DNA from: an uncultured Verrucomicrobiae bacterium
Lineage (GTDB): Bacteria > Chlamydiota > Chlamydiia > Chlamydiales > Rhabdochlamydiaceae
DNA: 64,000 bases
Assembly (NCBI GenBank): GCA_963818965.1
Contig: CAWFUG010000009.1
Coordinates: 160,001-224,000 of the forward strand
Reading direction: 5' to 3'
The position numbers and the translations under genes were made by a program. Each line of letters begins with the position of its first letter. Within the stretch, counting starts at the first letter, position 1. Positions 28,424-38,900 of this stretch are shown here, in pieces. The notes under the pieces were generated by a model. It ran no database searches and was not told the DNA's origin. It worked only from the letters and a program-made list of their open reading frames with translations.

Positions 28424-29281
28424 ATGAAAAAGACGTTGTTGATTTCTGTCATTGCTCTTTGTGTAACGGCAATTGTGATCGTATCGATTGTGGTTGCCTT
28501 TCGAGAAAAGAAAGAGCGCGACTTCATTACCTTGTATGGGAATGTCGATGTCCGCCAGGTCGACATCGGATTTCGGGTAGCGGGTCAAGTGACAGAATTG
28601 TTCTTCGAAGAGGGGGATGTCGTCAGAGAAGGGGACTTGATGTGCGTCTTAAGTACAACCCCCTACGATAGTCAGCTCGATGAGGCGATTGCTCTAAAAG
28701 AGGCGATTGCGGTGAATTTGGAGAATGCAGAGATCCTGTTGCGTCGGCGTGTGGAGTTGGTGGATGTGGGGGCTGTTTCGCAAGAAGATGTCGATAATGC
28801 GCTTGCTAATCGAAACCAGCTCATCGCAAATTTGGCACAGGCGGACTCGGCCATCCTCGTAGCCCGCGACAATTTGACTTACACGAGAGCCTATGCGCCG
28901 ACCGATGGGATTTTGCTCACGCGGATCCGGGAACCGGGAACAGTGGTCAACCCGGCTGATCCCGTCTACACGCTCTCTGTCAGCTCTCCTGTCTGGATCC
29001 GTGCTTTTGTCGATGAACCTGATTTAGGCACTGTCTATTACGGAATGCATGCAGAGGTATTCACCGATATCAAAGGGGGCAAGAGCTACCCCGGGACGAT
29101 CGGATTCATTTCTCCCGTCGCAGAATTTACACCCAAAACAGTCGAAAGTACGCAGTTGCGCACCGATCTCGTCTATCGCCTGCGCATCTATGTCGACAAT
29201 CCAGATCGAGGACTCGTCCAGGGGATGCCCGTCACTGTCAAACTCGATTTGAGGAGACAGCACGATGTTATACCGAAATAA
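28424..29281 (+). CDS. HlyD/membrane-fusion protein (YbhG-like)
   Basis: LYGNVDVRQV, APTDG, ISPVAEFTPKTV..LRTDLVYR, GMPVTV; current stop codon lies within an inserted element. Confidence 0.9.
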   Translation: MKKTLLISVIALCVTAIVIVSIVVAFREKKERDFITLYGNVDVRQVDIGFRVAGQVTELFFEEGDVVREGDLMCVLSTTPYDSQLDEAIALKEAIAVNLENAEILLRRRVELVDVGAVSQEDVDNALANRNQLIANLAQADSAILVARDNLTYTRAYAPTDGILLTRIREPGTVVNPADPVYTLSVSSPVWIRAFVDEPDLGTVYYGMHAEVFTDIKGGKSYPGTIGFISPVAEFTPKTVESTQLRTDLVYRLRIYVDNPDRGLVQGMPVTVKLDLRRQHDVIPK

Positions 29282-31199
29282 TACCAATCCTCGAAAACAA
29301 CCTGCATTTCAGCTGCGTCGAATCCCGGCGCTTTCACGCGCTCAAATGCAGGTTATTTTCGAGGATTGGTATAACTTGAAGAATCGGGTTTTGGCGGCGT
29401 CGGCTTTATCCCAGAATTTTTGTTTTCACTCGCGCCTTGTCTCTCGGCAATGGTCGCTCGCTCCAAACAAAAATTCTGGGGGGCCTCCTTGTCAAAATCC
29501 CGATTCTTCAAGTTATTTCGATATGGTCGAGATTAAAGGGCTTTCCAAAAGATTTCCAAAAACCTCCTCAGATGCCATCAAACGGCTCGACGCCTCTTTC
29601 CCGACAGGTAAAATCATAGGGCTAGTGGGGCCTGATGGCGCAGGGAAGACGACGTTGATCCGCTTGATCGCCGCTCTTTTGACTCCTACGGAAGGCGCGA
29701 TCTCGATTAAAGGATTGGATACAGTAAAAGACAGAGAGCAGATTCCTCATTTGATAGGCTATATGCCTCAAAAGTTCGGGCTCTACGAAGATCTCACGGT
29801 GCAGCAGAATCTCGATCTCTACGCCGATTTAAAAAATGTGGTGGGGGAAGAGAAGCGCGCGACTTGTGAAAAGCTCCTTCACTTCACCGCGCTCGAGCCT
29901 TTTACAGGCAGGTTGGCAAAAAATCTCTCGGGTGGGATGAAGCAAAAACTCGGCCTCGCTTGTGCCCTGATCAAAAAACCGACCCTGCTCCTGCTCGATG
30001 AACCCAGCGTCGGCGTCGATCCCGTCTCGCGGCGCGAACTGTGGAAAATGGTGAAGGATCTACTCGATGAGGGGATCTCCGTGCTGTGGAGCACGGCTTA
30101 TCTCGAAGAGGCGGAACAGTGCGATCACGTACTTTTGTTAAATGAGGGGAAGCTCCTCTACAGCGGAGACCCCAAACAGCTGACGGAAAAGATGGAAGGG
30201 AGGACCTTTGCGATCGAGGAGACAGATCGCCGTGCACTTTTGTTTACTTTGCTTAAAAACAAAGAGGTCATAGATGGGGTCATTCAGGGAAGCACGGTAC
30301 GCGTTCTATTGCGGGACAAGAATATTTTAAGCGGATACCCAGCGCTCCATGCTGTTCCGCCTCGCTTTGAAGATGGGTTCATCGACATTTTAGGGGGTGG
30401 GCCTGGAGGAGAATCGCAGCTTGCCGACAGAGCGCCTCTCGTTACAAAAAAGGGGGACACGCCGATCGTTGCGGAGAATGTGACCAAGCGGTTTGGAGAC
30501 TTTGTCGCGGTCGATGATATCTCCCTCTCTGTCCGAAGAGGAGAGATCTTCGGCTTATTAGGACCCAATGGTGCGGGGAAGACGACGCTGTTTAAGATGC
30601 TCTGTGGTCTCCTCCATCCGACATCGGGAAAAGCCCAGGTCGACGGGGTCGATTTAGAGACGTCTGTCAAGCCGCGCAGAGAGATCGGCTACATGGCTCA
30701 AAAATTTTCCCTCTATGGCAATTTGAGCGTCTATCAGAATTTGGAGTTTTTCTCCGGAATTTATGGCCTTACCCTCAAGGAGCAAAGGGTCGCTGTTGCA
30801 GAAATGCTAGAGATTTTCGATTTGCAGAAATACCGCGATACCTCTTCAGAATTGCTTCCCTTGGGTTATAAACAGAGACTGAGTCTTGCCTGTGCGAACA
30901 TGCACCACCCGCAGGTGCTGTTTCTCGATGAGCCTACATCGGGTGTCGATCCGATCGTCCGCCGGGAGTTCTGGAACCACATCAATGGCCTCGTGAGAAG
31001 GGGAGTGACCGTGATGATCACGACCCACTTTATGGAAGAAGCGGAATACTGCGACAGAATCGCCCTGATCTATCAAGGCAAAATCATCCAGATGGACACG
31101 CCAGATGGCCTCAAAGAGAGCGTCAAATCACCCGAACTGCCCAACCCGACCCTAGAAGATGCATTCATCAAGAAGATAGAAGAGTACGATGCGAAATAA
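29265..31199 (+). CDS. Dual-domain ABC ATPase (YbhF-like); the 85 codons after Met-Leu are element-derived, alternative start ATG at 29523
   Basis: GPDGAGKTT, LSGGMKQKL, LDEPSVGVDP; GPNGAGKTT, LPLGYKQRL, LDEPTSGVDP. Confidence 0.92.
   Translation: MLYRNNTNPRKQPAFQLRRIPALSRAQMQVIFEDWYNLKNRVLAASALSQNFCFHSRLVSRQWSLAPNKNSGGPPCQNPDSSSYFDMVEIKGLSKRFPKTSSDAIKRLDASFPTGKIIGLVGPDGAGKTTLIRLIAALLTPTEGAISIKGLDTVKDREQIPHLIGYMPQKFGLYEDLTVQQNLDLYADLKNVVGEEKRATCEKLLHFTALEPFTGRLAKNLSGGMKQKLGLACALIKKPTLLLLDEPSVGVDPVSRRELWKMVKDLLDEGISVLWSTAYLEEAEQCDHVLLLNEGKLLYSGDPKQLTEKMEGRTFAIEETDRRALLFTLLKNKEVIDGVIQGSTVRVLLRDKNILSGYPALHAVPPRFEDGFIDILGGGPGGESQLADRAPLVTKKGDTPIVAENVTKRFGDFVAVDDISLSVRRGEIFGLLGPNGAGKTTLFKMLCGLLHPTSGKAQVDGVDLETSVKPRREIGYMAQKFSLYGNLSVYQNLEFFSGIYGLTLKEQRVAVAEMLEIFDLQKYRDTSSELLPLGYKQRLSLACANMHHPQVLFLDEPTSGVDPIVRREFWNHINGLVRRGVTVMITTHFMEEAEYCDRIALIYQGKIIQMDTPDGLKESVKSPELPNPTLEDAFIKKIEEYDAK
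29269..29525. mobile_element. Outer TA-bounded palindromic element (164 bp) carrying a nested insertion
   Basis: Left arm tataccgaaataa|cttgaagaatcgggttttg pairs with caaaatcccgattcttcaagttatttcgatat; inner 16-bp stem cccagaatttttgttt / aaacaaaaattctggg. Confidence 0.85.
29279..29373. mobile_element. Nested family 1 element, 95 bp (internal-deletion derivative)
   Basis: ataccaatcctcgaaaacaacctgcattt / aaatgcaggttattttcgaggattggtat; shares the cccggcgctttcacgcgctcaaatgca core with copies at 19138 and 60502. Confidence 0.88.
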
Positions 31200-32325
31200 T
31201 TCAGGGCGCATGCGCCGTTTAAAAGCCCTCGTGAAAAAAGAGTTCCTTCAGGTCATGCGCGACCCGAGCAGCCTCCTGATCACGGTCTTCTTACCCCTCC
31301 TCCTGATCTTTCTCTATGGTTCAGGGGTTTCGCTCGATCTCAATCACTTGAGGGTGGGACTCGTGCTCGAAGATACTGCACCTGATGCGCGCAGTTTCGC
31401 ACAGTCCCTCACTGATTCCCGCTATTTTGACGTCAAGATCGTGCGCGATCGGAGAGAACTGACTGAAGATCTCATGCGAGGATCGATCCGTGGCATCTTC
31501 GTCATCCCATCCTACTTCACACAATACAGGAACCGGCCCGATCAGATCGCTCCGATCCAGGTAATCGCCGATGGGAGTGAGACGAATACGGCCAACTTCG
31601 TGCAAAACTACGCGATGGGGGCGCTGGATAACTATTTGGCTCAAGAGGCCCTGACGACGGGGATTTCCACTGAGGTCCCGTTGATCCGCACGCAGCCTAG
31701 ATACTGGTATAATGAACAGTTGGAGAGCCGTTTTTATCTTCTCTCGGGCTCACTTGCGATCATCATGACTCTCATCGGAGCGATGTTGACTGCCCTCGTC
31801 GTCGCAAGAGAGTGGGAACGGGGGACGATGGAGGCCTTGCTGTCGACAAGTGTCGAACGTTCAGAGCTCGTAATCGGCAAAGTGATTCCGTATTTCGTCT
31901 TAGGGATGGTTTCGATGGGGATCTGCGTCCTTCTCTCCGTCTTCTTCTACGAGCTCCCACTCCGAGGTTCACTGCTCCTTTTAGCGCTCGTCTCGGCGAA
32001 CTTTCTCTTTTGCTCTTTGGGACTCGGGCTCATGATCTCGACTGTGACGAAGAATCAGATCTTCGCTTATCAGATCACGCTCATCGTCGGTTTTTTGCCC
32101 GCTTATATCCTCTCTGGATTCCTCTTTGAAATCCATAGCATGCCTCAGTGGATTCAGATCCTCACTTACATCATCCCTGCGAAGTACTTCGTCCAAAGTT
32201 TGCAGGCGCTCTTTCTGGTCGGGAATGTCTGGGAACTGATCCTCTTAAACATGATCCCGATCTTCGGCTTAGGCGTTCTCTTTTTTTGGATCACAGGCGT
32301 AAAAACAGTGAAGAGGTTAGATTGA
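31189..32325 (+). CDS. ABC-2 permease (YbhS-like)
   Basis: KEFLQVMRDP, VAREWERGTMEALL, LSGFLFEIHSMP. Confidence 0.92.
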   Translation: MRNNSGRMRRLKALVKKEFLQVMRDPSSLLITVFLPLLLIFLYGSGVSLDLNHLRVGLVLEDTAPDARSFAQSLTDSRYFDVKIVRDRRELTEDLMRGSIRGIFVIPSYFTQYRNRPDQIAPIQVIADGSETNTANFVQNYAMGALDNYLAQEALTTGISTEVPLIRTQPRYWYNEQLESRFYLLSGSLAIIMTLIGAMLTALVVAREWERGTMEALLSTSVERSELVIGKVIPYFVLGMVSMGICVLLSVFFYELPLRGSLLLLALVSANFLFCSLGLGLMISTVTKNQIFAYQITLIVGFLPAYILSGFLFEIHSMPQWIQILTYIIPAKYFVQSLQALFLVGNVWELILLNMIPIFGLGVLFFWITGVKTVKRLD

Positions 32326-33476
32326 GACAGGTTTTCATCCTCATTTGGAAAGAGCTTTTGACTGTGTTGCGCGACCAGAAAGTGCGCATTTCGATTTTAT
32401 TGCCCCCGCTCATTCAGCTCTTCGTCTTCACATTTGCCGCAACGCTCGATGTCAAAGATGTCCCGATCGGCATTTTGAATCGGGACTCAGGAGAGAAGGC
32501 CTTTGAGCTTGTCGAAAGATTTTACGGGACGAAGATCTTCAACAACAAGATCATCTTCCTCAAAGGGGTCGAACAGATCGCCCCTTTCATGGATACCCAG
32601 AAAGGAGTGATGGTGGTCTCCATCGATGAGCAATTCTCCCGCAATCTCGACGCTGGAAAACCCGCAGATATTCAGCTCATCTTAGACGGAAGAAAGACGA
32701 ACACCGCACAAATCGTCGCAGGTTATACACAGGAGATCATCAACCGCTTTAACAACGACTACACCGCACAGGCAGATTTATACCCTGCGCGCTCAAATGC
32801 ACCATCCTCAAGCGCGCGGGGTATAAAAACACAAAACATAGAACTCGTTCCACGCACCTGGTTCAATCCGAATATCCTCTATTTTTGGTACAATATCCCC
32901 TGTCTCGTCTGTGTCCTTTCGATGCTGATCTGTCTCGTCGTCACGACACAATCGGTAGCCAGAGAGCGGGAACTCGGCACCTTCGATCAGCTCCTCGTCT
33001 CGCCCCTGACTCCCCGAGTGATTTTGATCGGTAAAGTCGTCCCCGGCGTCATCGTCGGCTTTTGCGAAGGGCTCGTGATGCTCATCATCGGAACCTGCGT
33101 CTTCGGCGTGCCCTTTATGGGATCTTTGCCCCTGTTTTTATTTAGCCTCATCATCTTCGTCAGCTCGATCTGCGGCGTCGGCCTCTTTATCTCCTCCCTC
33201 TCTGCAACCCAGCAGCAGGCGATGCTCGGGACATTTGTCTTCATGCTCCCCTCCGTGCTCCTCTCAGGCTTTGCGACCCCGATCGAAAACATGCCCACCT
33301 GGCTCCAGCCCGTGACTTACCTTATCCCCCTTCGGTACATGCTCGTCATCTCGAAGGGGATTTTCCTCAAAGCGATGCCCGCTAGGATCGTCCTAGAAAA
33401 CCTCTGGCCCCTCTGCGTGATCGGCCTATGCAATGGCCTAGGGGCAGCTCTATTTTTCCGCAGGAGGCTCCCATGA
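32322..33476 (+). CDS. ABC-2 permease (YbhR-like) with a 15-aa element-derived insertion
   Basis: KELLTVLRD, VARERELGTFDQLLVSP, LSGFATPIENMP; TTG start overlapping the upstream TGA. Confidence 0.9.
   Translation: MRQVFILIWKELLTVLRDQKVRISILLPPLIQLFVFTFAATLDVKDVPIGILNRDSGEKAFELVERFYGTKIFNNKIIFLKGVEQIAPFMDTQKGVMVVSIDEQFSRNLDAGKPADIQLILDGRKTNTAQIVAGYTQEIINRFNNDYTAQADLYPARSNAPSSSARGIKTQNIELVPRTWFNPNILYFWYNIPCLVCVLSMLICLVVTTQSVARERELGTFDQLLVSPLTPRVILIGKVVPGVIVGFCEGLVMLIIGTCVFGVPFMGSLPLFLFSLIIFVSSICGVGLFISSLSATQQQAMLGTFVFMLPSVLLSGFATPIENMPTWLQPVTYLIPLRYMLVISKGIFLKAMPARIVLENLWPLCVIGLCNGLGAALFFRRRLP
32779..32825. mobile_element. 47-bp internally deleted family 1 element, in frame in the permease gene
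   Basis: tataccctgcgcgctcaaatgcaccatcctcaagcgcgcggggtata; right 38 nt identical to copy A at 19267-19304. Confidence 0.92.
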
Positions 33477-34948
33477 AAATTTGGAAATTCATCCCCCTTA
33501 TCTCTCTCGCAGGGTGCATGGTCGGCCCCAATTACAAAACCCCAAAAGATGACGTCGCAGACACTTGGGCCTCTCCTGAGTCTTCTGAAGTGGCAACGGA
33601 AGAGACGCCGCTGGTCGAGTGGTGGGAGATCTTCGACGACCCCCTTCTCTCCAAATACATCGCTATGGCAGCGGAATACAACAACGACGTTTTGACAGCG
33701 ACCGAGACGATCTTACAAGCGCGCGCCCTAAGACAAATCGCCGCCTCCTCATTTTTTCCCCAAATTGGCGCCGACGTAAATGCGACCCGCACCTACTTCA
33801 GTAAAAATGGCCCCCTCTTTGCCATCGGCCCCAGTACGGGCAGTGTCCCAGGGACTGTTTCAGGGACGACTGGACTCCCTTTTACGGTCCAAGTCCCTCA
33901 GACGCAAAATCTCTATAACGCTCTCTTTGATGCCTCTTGGGAGATCGATCTCTTCGGTAAGACCCGCAGATCTGTCGAAGCAGCAGACGCCGTGATCGGA
34001 CGGACGATCGAAGCGCGCAACGACACCCTCCTCTCCGTCATGGCAGAGATCGCACGCAATTATATCGAGCTGCGCGGTTTCCAAAAAAAGGGGGAGCTCA
34101 TCCGCGAAAATATCGCCCTTCTCGAGACTAAAGCGCTGCTCGTCGCAAGGCAATTGGCCGTCGGATATGTAAGCGATCTCAATGAAGAAGAGATCCAAGC
34201 GCAGCTCTCTACTGAACGCGCATTGCTCCCCGACATCGAAGCGCAGATCTACCGCAACATGTACACACTCTCTATCTTGACAGGAACTGTTCCTGAAACA
34301 CTCGTCTCTGAACTCTCCCCCGTGCAGCCCCTTCCCAAAACACCCCCACAAGTCGCCGTCGGTCTCCGCTCCGATCTGTTGCGCCGCAGACCAGACGTAC
34401 GTCGAGTCGAACGCGATCTCGCTGCCGCAACCGCCAATGTCGGCGTCGCTGTCGCCTCCTTCTTTCCCACCTTCACCCTGATCGGCGATGGGGGATTGCA
34501 GTCCCTTCTGCTCAGAAACCTCTTTTCTCTGCCCAGCAAGACCTGGGCGTTCGGAGGCGATTTCAATATCCCCATCTTCCAGGGGGGCAAGTTGACGGGT
34601 AATCTCAAACTGAGGCGCGCAGAAATGGCTGGCACAGCCTACACCTACCAACAAACCATCCTCAGTGCCCTCGAAGAGACAGAGAGCGCCATCGTCTCCT
34701 ACACACAAGACCTCTCCACCGCACGCGAGAGAAAACAAGCGACGCAACACTACGACGCCCTCGTTTTCTTAAGCCGCGAGCGTAAGGCACGCGGCCTCAC
34801 CAGCCTCCTCGACCTCATCGACACAGAGCGCACCCTCAACCAATCAGAGCAAGACCTCCTCCAAAGCGAAACGGCGGCCCTCCTCGACCTCATCAGCCTC
34901 TACAAAGCCCTCGGCGGCGGCTGGGAAAACATGCTAGATAACAATTAA
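33473..34948 (+). CDS. Outer-membrane efflux lipoprotein (TolC/NodT family)
   Basis: Lipobox LAGC-MVGPNY, WEIDLFG, LLRRRPDV, LYKALGGGW. Confidence 0.93.
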   Translation: MKIWKFIPLISLAGCMVGPNYKTPKDDVADTWASPESSEVATEETPLVEWWEIFDDPLLSKYIAMAAEYNNDVLTATETILQARALRQIAASSFFPQIGADVNATRTYFSKNGPLFAIGPSTGSVPGTVSGTTGLPFTVQVPQTQNLYNALFDASWEIDLFGKTRRSVEAADAVIGRTIEARNDTLLSVMAEIARNYIELRGFQKKGELIRENIALLETKALLVARQLAVGYVSDLNEEEIQAQLSTERALLPDIEAQIYRNMYTLSILTGTVPETLVSELSPVQPLPKTPPQVAVGLRSDLLRRRPDVRRVERDLAAATANVGVAVASFFPTFTLIGDGGLQSLLLRNLFSLPSKTWAFGGDFNIPIFQGGKLTGNLKLRRAEMAGTAYTYQQTILSALEETESAIVSYTQDLSTARERKQATQHYDALVFLSRERKARGLTSLLDLIDTERTLNQSEQDLLQSETAALLDLISLYKALGGGWENMLDNN

Positions 34949-34993
34949 ATAGGGTTCATCCGCTGAATACGTAAGCAAATACTATATTGTGAG

Positions 34994-35037
34994 CGGTAGG
35001 AAATGGTGGGAATGATATAATGATATGAATGATGAAG
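34994..35037. repeat. AATGATA-type repeat (family 3), copy 2 (single arm)
   Basis: cggtaggaaatggtgggaatgatataatgatatgaatgatgaag similar to 12603-12647. Confidence 0.65.
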
Positions 35038-35092
35038 AGGAGAATGGTTTTATATGCAGAAGAACTTACAATCTGAATTAAGTTCGATAGAG

Positions 35093-35557
35093 TTAAGAGA
35101 GTGTATTTTGCTCAGTGTCTTCTAAAAGGAGTTTTAGAATTTTTTCGTATGCACTTTTAGCGCGTTTGATGAAAAAACGGCCCATAAGTGGAGCAAGTAG
35201 ACTCATGATAGATGTGTTTATAGTCAGGATCGTCTTTTCATAAGTGATTGCTCGAAAAACACAAGTAGAGATTTGAGTAAACAGAGGAACCTTCACTTGG
35301 TACGTATATTTCTTGATTGGATATATTTCTGTAATTAATATAGAAAAAGTCATGCTGCGGTTTTTGACTTTTGCTCTTATAACGGCACCCTCTCTGAGCT
35401 CTCCCTCTAGTTGACAAGACTCCAACCGATCATCCCATTTAGGGAAATTGTTTGGATTAGTCATAAAATCCCAAACTTTTTGAGAAGAGAGATTTATCTC
35501 CATGGAATATTCGTGAGAAAATTTGAACGCAAAGTGTTCAAAAGACCATTTCAACAT
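35093..35557 (-). CDS. SRPBCC/START-like (polyketide cyclase family) protein
   Basis: EINLSSQKVWDFMTNPNNFPKW N-terminal motif. Confidence 0.7.
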   Translation of the reverse strand: MLKWSFEHFAFKFSHEYSMEINLSSQKVWDFMTNPNNFPKWDDRLESCQLEGELREGAVIRAKVKNRSMTFSILITEIYPIKKYTYQVKVPLFTQISTCVFRAITYEKTILTINTSIMSLLAPLMGRFFIKRAKSAYEKILKLLLEDTEQNTLS

Positions 35558-35667
35558 CAGTTTTATTTCCTATCTAAATTTGCCATTAAGATATCTAGAG
35601 CCACCATACAGTATGTTTTACAAGGAATCTTTCAAGTCTGGAATGTTTTCCCACCAAATTTTTTGTG

Positions 35668-35916
35668 TTATTTGATTTTTTCGTATTTATCTAAATAGCA
35701 CTCGGGAACTTCAATTGAGCTCCCATCACCGAATTCCACTGTGTAGAGCCAATTACCCATGTTAACATTAAACTTGTTAGACAGTCGTTCAGATTTCACT
35801 TGTTCCATTCCACATATGACTGCTATTTCTCCAGGGCAATAACATGAAGGCGCATTAGATTTAATGGTTATTAAATCATTCCACGTGAATAAGTTTGTTT
35901 TGTTTTCAAATTGCAT
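35668..35916 (-). CDS. Putative immunity protein of the RHS toxin
   Basis: 82-aa AT-rich ORF starting 12 nt after the toxin stop; SH3-like beta pattern ending YTVEFGDGSSIEVPE.YL. Confidence 0.7.
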   Translation of the reverse strand: MQFENKTNLFTWNDLITIKSNAPSCYCPGEIAVICGMEQVKSERLSNKFNVNMGNWLYTVEFGDGSSIEVPECYLDKYEKIK

Positions 35917-35928
35917 AAAGTTTCACAT

Positions 35929-38900
35929 CTAGTAAATTGGCAGCCAAGGTGTTCCATCTGGATTTGTAATCCCTGGGACATGGGCATGAGGATTTTGTGA
36001 GCGAGGGTCTTGATGGACTGGACTAGGCGGATGACCTTTACCGTCTTTTCTCAGACCTGTAGCTTCCCCATCTTTATCTTTTTCTTGAATACATTTACCA
36101 TCCTTGGAACCTCCAAGCTGATGTCCTTCAGGGACAGGAATAATATTTCCTTTTGCATCTCCGATAAACACTTGATCATCTACAGGTCCATCAAAAGGAT
36201 TGGTATTCTGCTCTTTCTTTTTCTTTGCATCAAGCGCCTTGTTCAGCCCATACTGAGAAACACCACCGATATTTTGCACGATTTGGTGCGCAACTGCATT
36301 AAAATTTCTAGCAAACGAGCTGTGAGAATGCCGGTCCTGTTTCTCAAGCTCATGGGCAAGATACGCAGCCGCTAAAGCTACTACCAACGTCTTCACGGTC
36401 AGTGCCACTAAAGGAATCGCGATTACGAATTGTCCATCAGGATCTGTATACCGGAAGGGATTATTAAAGACATATTGGTAAAGATTCGTGCTGTCGACAA
36501 AGCCTGCGGGGTCTGTCGTGAGCCACCTTCCCAAACGGGGGTCGTAATAGCGCCTGCCAAAGTAGATGAGACCGAGCTCTGGATCGAATCGCTTTGAGGC
36601 AAACTGCCAGGGGTTAAAGAAGTCAGCCAGGACGGCTGACTGCAATGGCTCCCCAAAGGCTGTAAAATCGTAACTGTGTGTTGTTTTTCCATCCTTAATC
36701 TCGACAAGGCGTCGCACATTACCTTGCACGTCTAAGAGTGGTGCGAAGACTTTGGATCCTAACTCGATGCCCACTGTGGCTGGGCAGCCTTTTTGCTTGC
36801 CTAGACCCAATACTCTTAAGTTGTTGAGCTTCCCGCGGGGACTCAATGCGCCGATTTCATGTTGGCCGTGGTAGAGGTAGTGCTCTTGGGTCGTCTCTTG
36901 CCAGCCGTGATTTGTTTTGGCATAGAGGGTCTTGCTGAGGCGTCTTCCGAGGGGGTCGTAGAGGTAGGCGATTTTCTGATCGATAGAGGTCGCTGCGATG
37001 AGTCGATTGAGCGGATCATAAGTCAGCTGGAATGAGGTGGAAGGGGTGTCGAGAAGGAGTTGATTCCCATTGCGGTCGTAGGGAGTATTTATGCGCTCAT
37101 TGAGATCGTTTGTGGCGTAATGGGTGTCGTCTTTTTGGGTGCGATTGTGGAGGGAATTGTGTGCATAGGTGAGGTTATTTTCAGAAGAGAGTTGGGAGAG
37201 GGGGTCGTAGGTATAGTGGTGGTTTATACCGTCGTCAGTACGATCCGTTAGATTGCCGACGGGATCGTATTGGCACTCTTCAGTGAAATAGGGACTGGAA
37301 AGGGAGATTTTTTGCTCTTTGAGATTGATCCTATGAATGACGGGACCCAAGTCGCCGATTAACGCTTCTGAGACGAGATTGCCTCCTTTATCGTATTCTT
37401 CGTAGGTGTGTTGATAGAGGAACTCTCCATTGGAAGAGAGTCGCGTGACGTGGCGCAAGAAGAGAGGGTCGTAGCTGTAATGGACCTCTCCTAGGGATCC
37501 CATCTTTAAAGTGATGAGGCGATTAAAGGGGTCATATGTCTTTGTGACTTCGATCCCATTGGAGAAGCTCTCTTGGAGGACATTCCCAGAAGGATCGACC
37601 TGACGCTCTATGGCGCTGTTTTGGTTCTCATCGACCGCTTCGAGTAGATGACCCAAGCGATCGTGGGTAAATGCGTGGTGGATGCTGCCATCAGAGGAAT
37701 CGAGGCGGCTTAGGGAGCCTAAAGGGTCATAGCTGTAGGAGAGGGTTGCTCCGCCGGGGGGTGTCTTCGTTGCCATTTTCCCTGAAGGGAAATAAGTATA
37801 CGCTGTCGTTCTCGCCTCTTGCGTACCAAAGGCTCTCGTGCAGCTTTCGATCTGATGGCACGGAGTATAGGTATACTGGGTAATCTGGGTCCCTTGAAGC
37901 TGTTTATTTTCAAAGACGAGGTCTTTTCTGAATGAGAGGTTGCCGTGAGGGTCGTAGCTCATTTCTTGGCGAGCGATGAGCCCATCTTTTATGGTCTCTT
38001 TTTTTACGGGTTTAGCAAAGGCGTCGTGGGTCTCGCGGGTCAGGAGGAGAGGGTCTATCGTGGTGGTTTGCAAGACTCTTTGACCCAGGGTGTTTTTGCA
38101 ATTTTCATCGTAGAATGTCTTCGTGGAATGCCCTTCAGGATCCTCTTTTTTTGTGTGTCTGCCGAAGGAATCATATGAGAAAATCTCTTTCGCTTCTTTC
38201 CCATTGCGGTAGTGTGTGATACTCGTTTGGTTCCCATCTGCATCGTAGGTATAGCTGACTTTAAAGAGGGTTTGCTCAGATGAGTCTGCATGCCGCTCTT
38301 CGAGGAGCTGTCCCTCGAGATCTCTTGTGTAGTGGATAAAAAGGGTGTTATTTTTACAAACTGTGGCGACTCGTCCTAGGGAGTCGTAGATCACTTCTGA
38401 ACTCTTGCCACAGAACTCTTCTCTGATCTTTCTTCCGGCACCATCGTAAAAGTGCTGTCTGAGGTTTCCCTCTTTGTCGGTCTCTTGCAGGAGATGAAAT
38501 CCGTTGTAGGCAAATGTCTCCTCTGCAAGGGCTTTTCCCTCTGGAGAGGTGTAAGTTTTAGAGAGAGTCCGCCCTAAGACATCGTATGTGTAGTGGATCG
38601 CCAGACCATCGAGCTGGGTATGTGTGTGTAATTTTCCATTTTTTGTGTACCTGAAGAGTTCTTTGCCGCCATCGGGGTAAAGAATTTCAGTGGGGGAGCC
38701 GTAGATATTGTACTGGTAGGTCGTGACGTTGCCAGTGGCGTCTGTTTGGGTCAGGGCCCGGCCCAGGGTGTCATAAGTACAGTAGGTGGTGACGGGAATG
38801 GGTTGTCCCTCATCTGAAGCGAGGGGAGGAAAATCGGTCTTTATGACTGTATTGACGAGCGGGTTATAGACATAGTGCGTGACATTGTCGAAGGGGTCTT

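Noticed and set aside
17271..33476. Longest-ORF start codons at 18650, 21269, 27782, 32148 and 33428
   Set aside because: The extensions run through repeats or neighbouring genes; downstream starts (18554, 21176, 27656, 32322, 33473) fit family N-termini and stop/start coupling.
33860..34750. 296-aa antisense ORF inside the TolC-family gene
   Set aside because: A shadow ORF caused by codon bias; no recognisable motifs.
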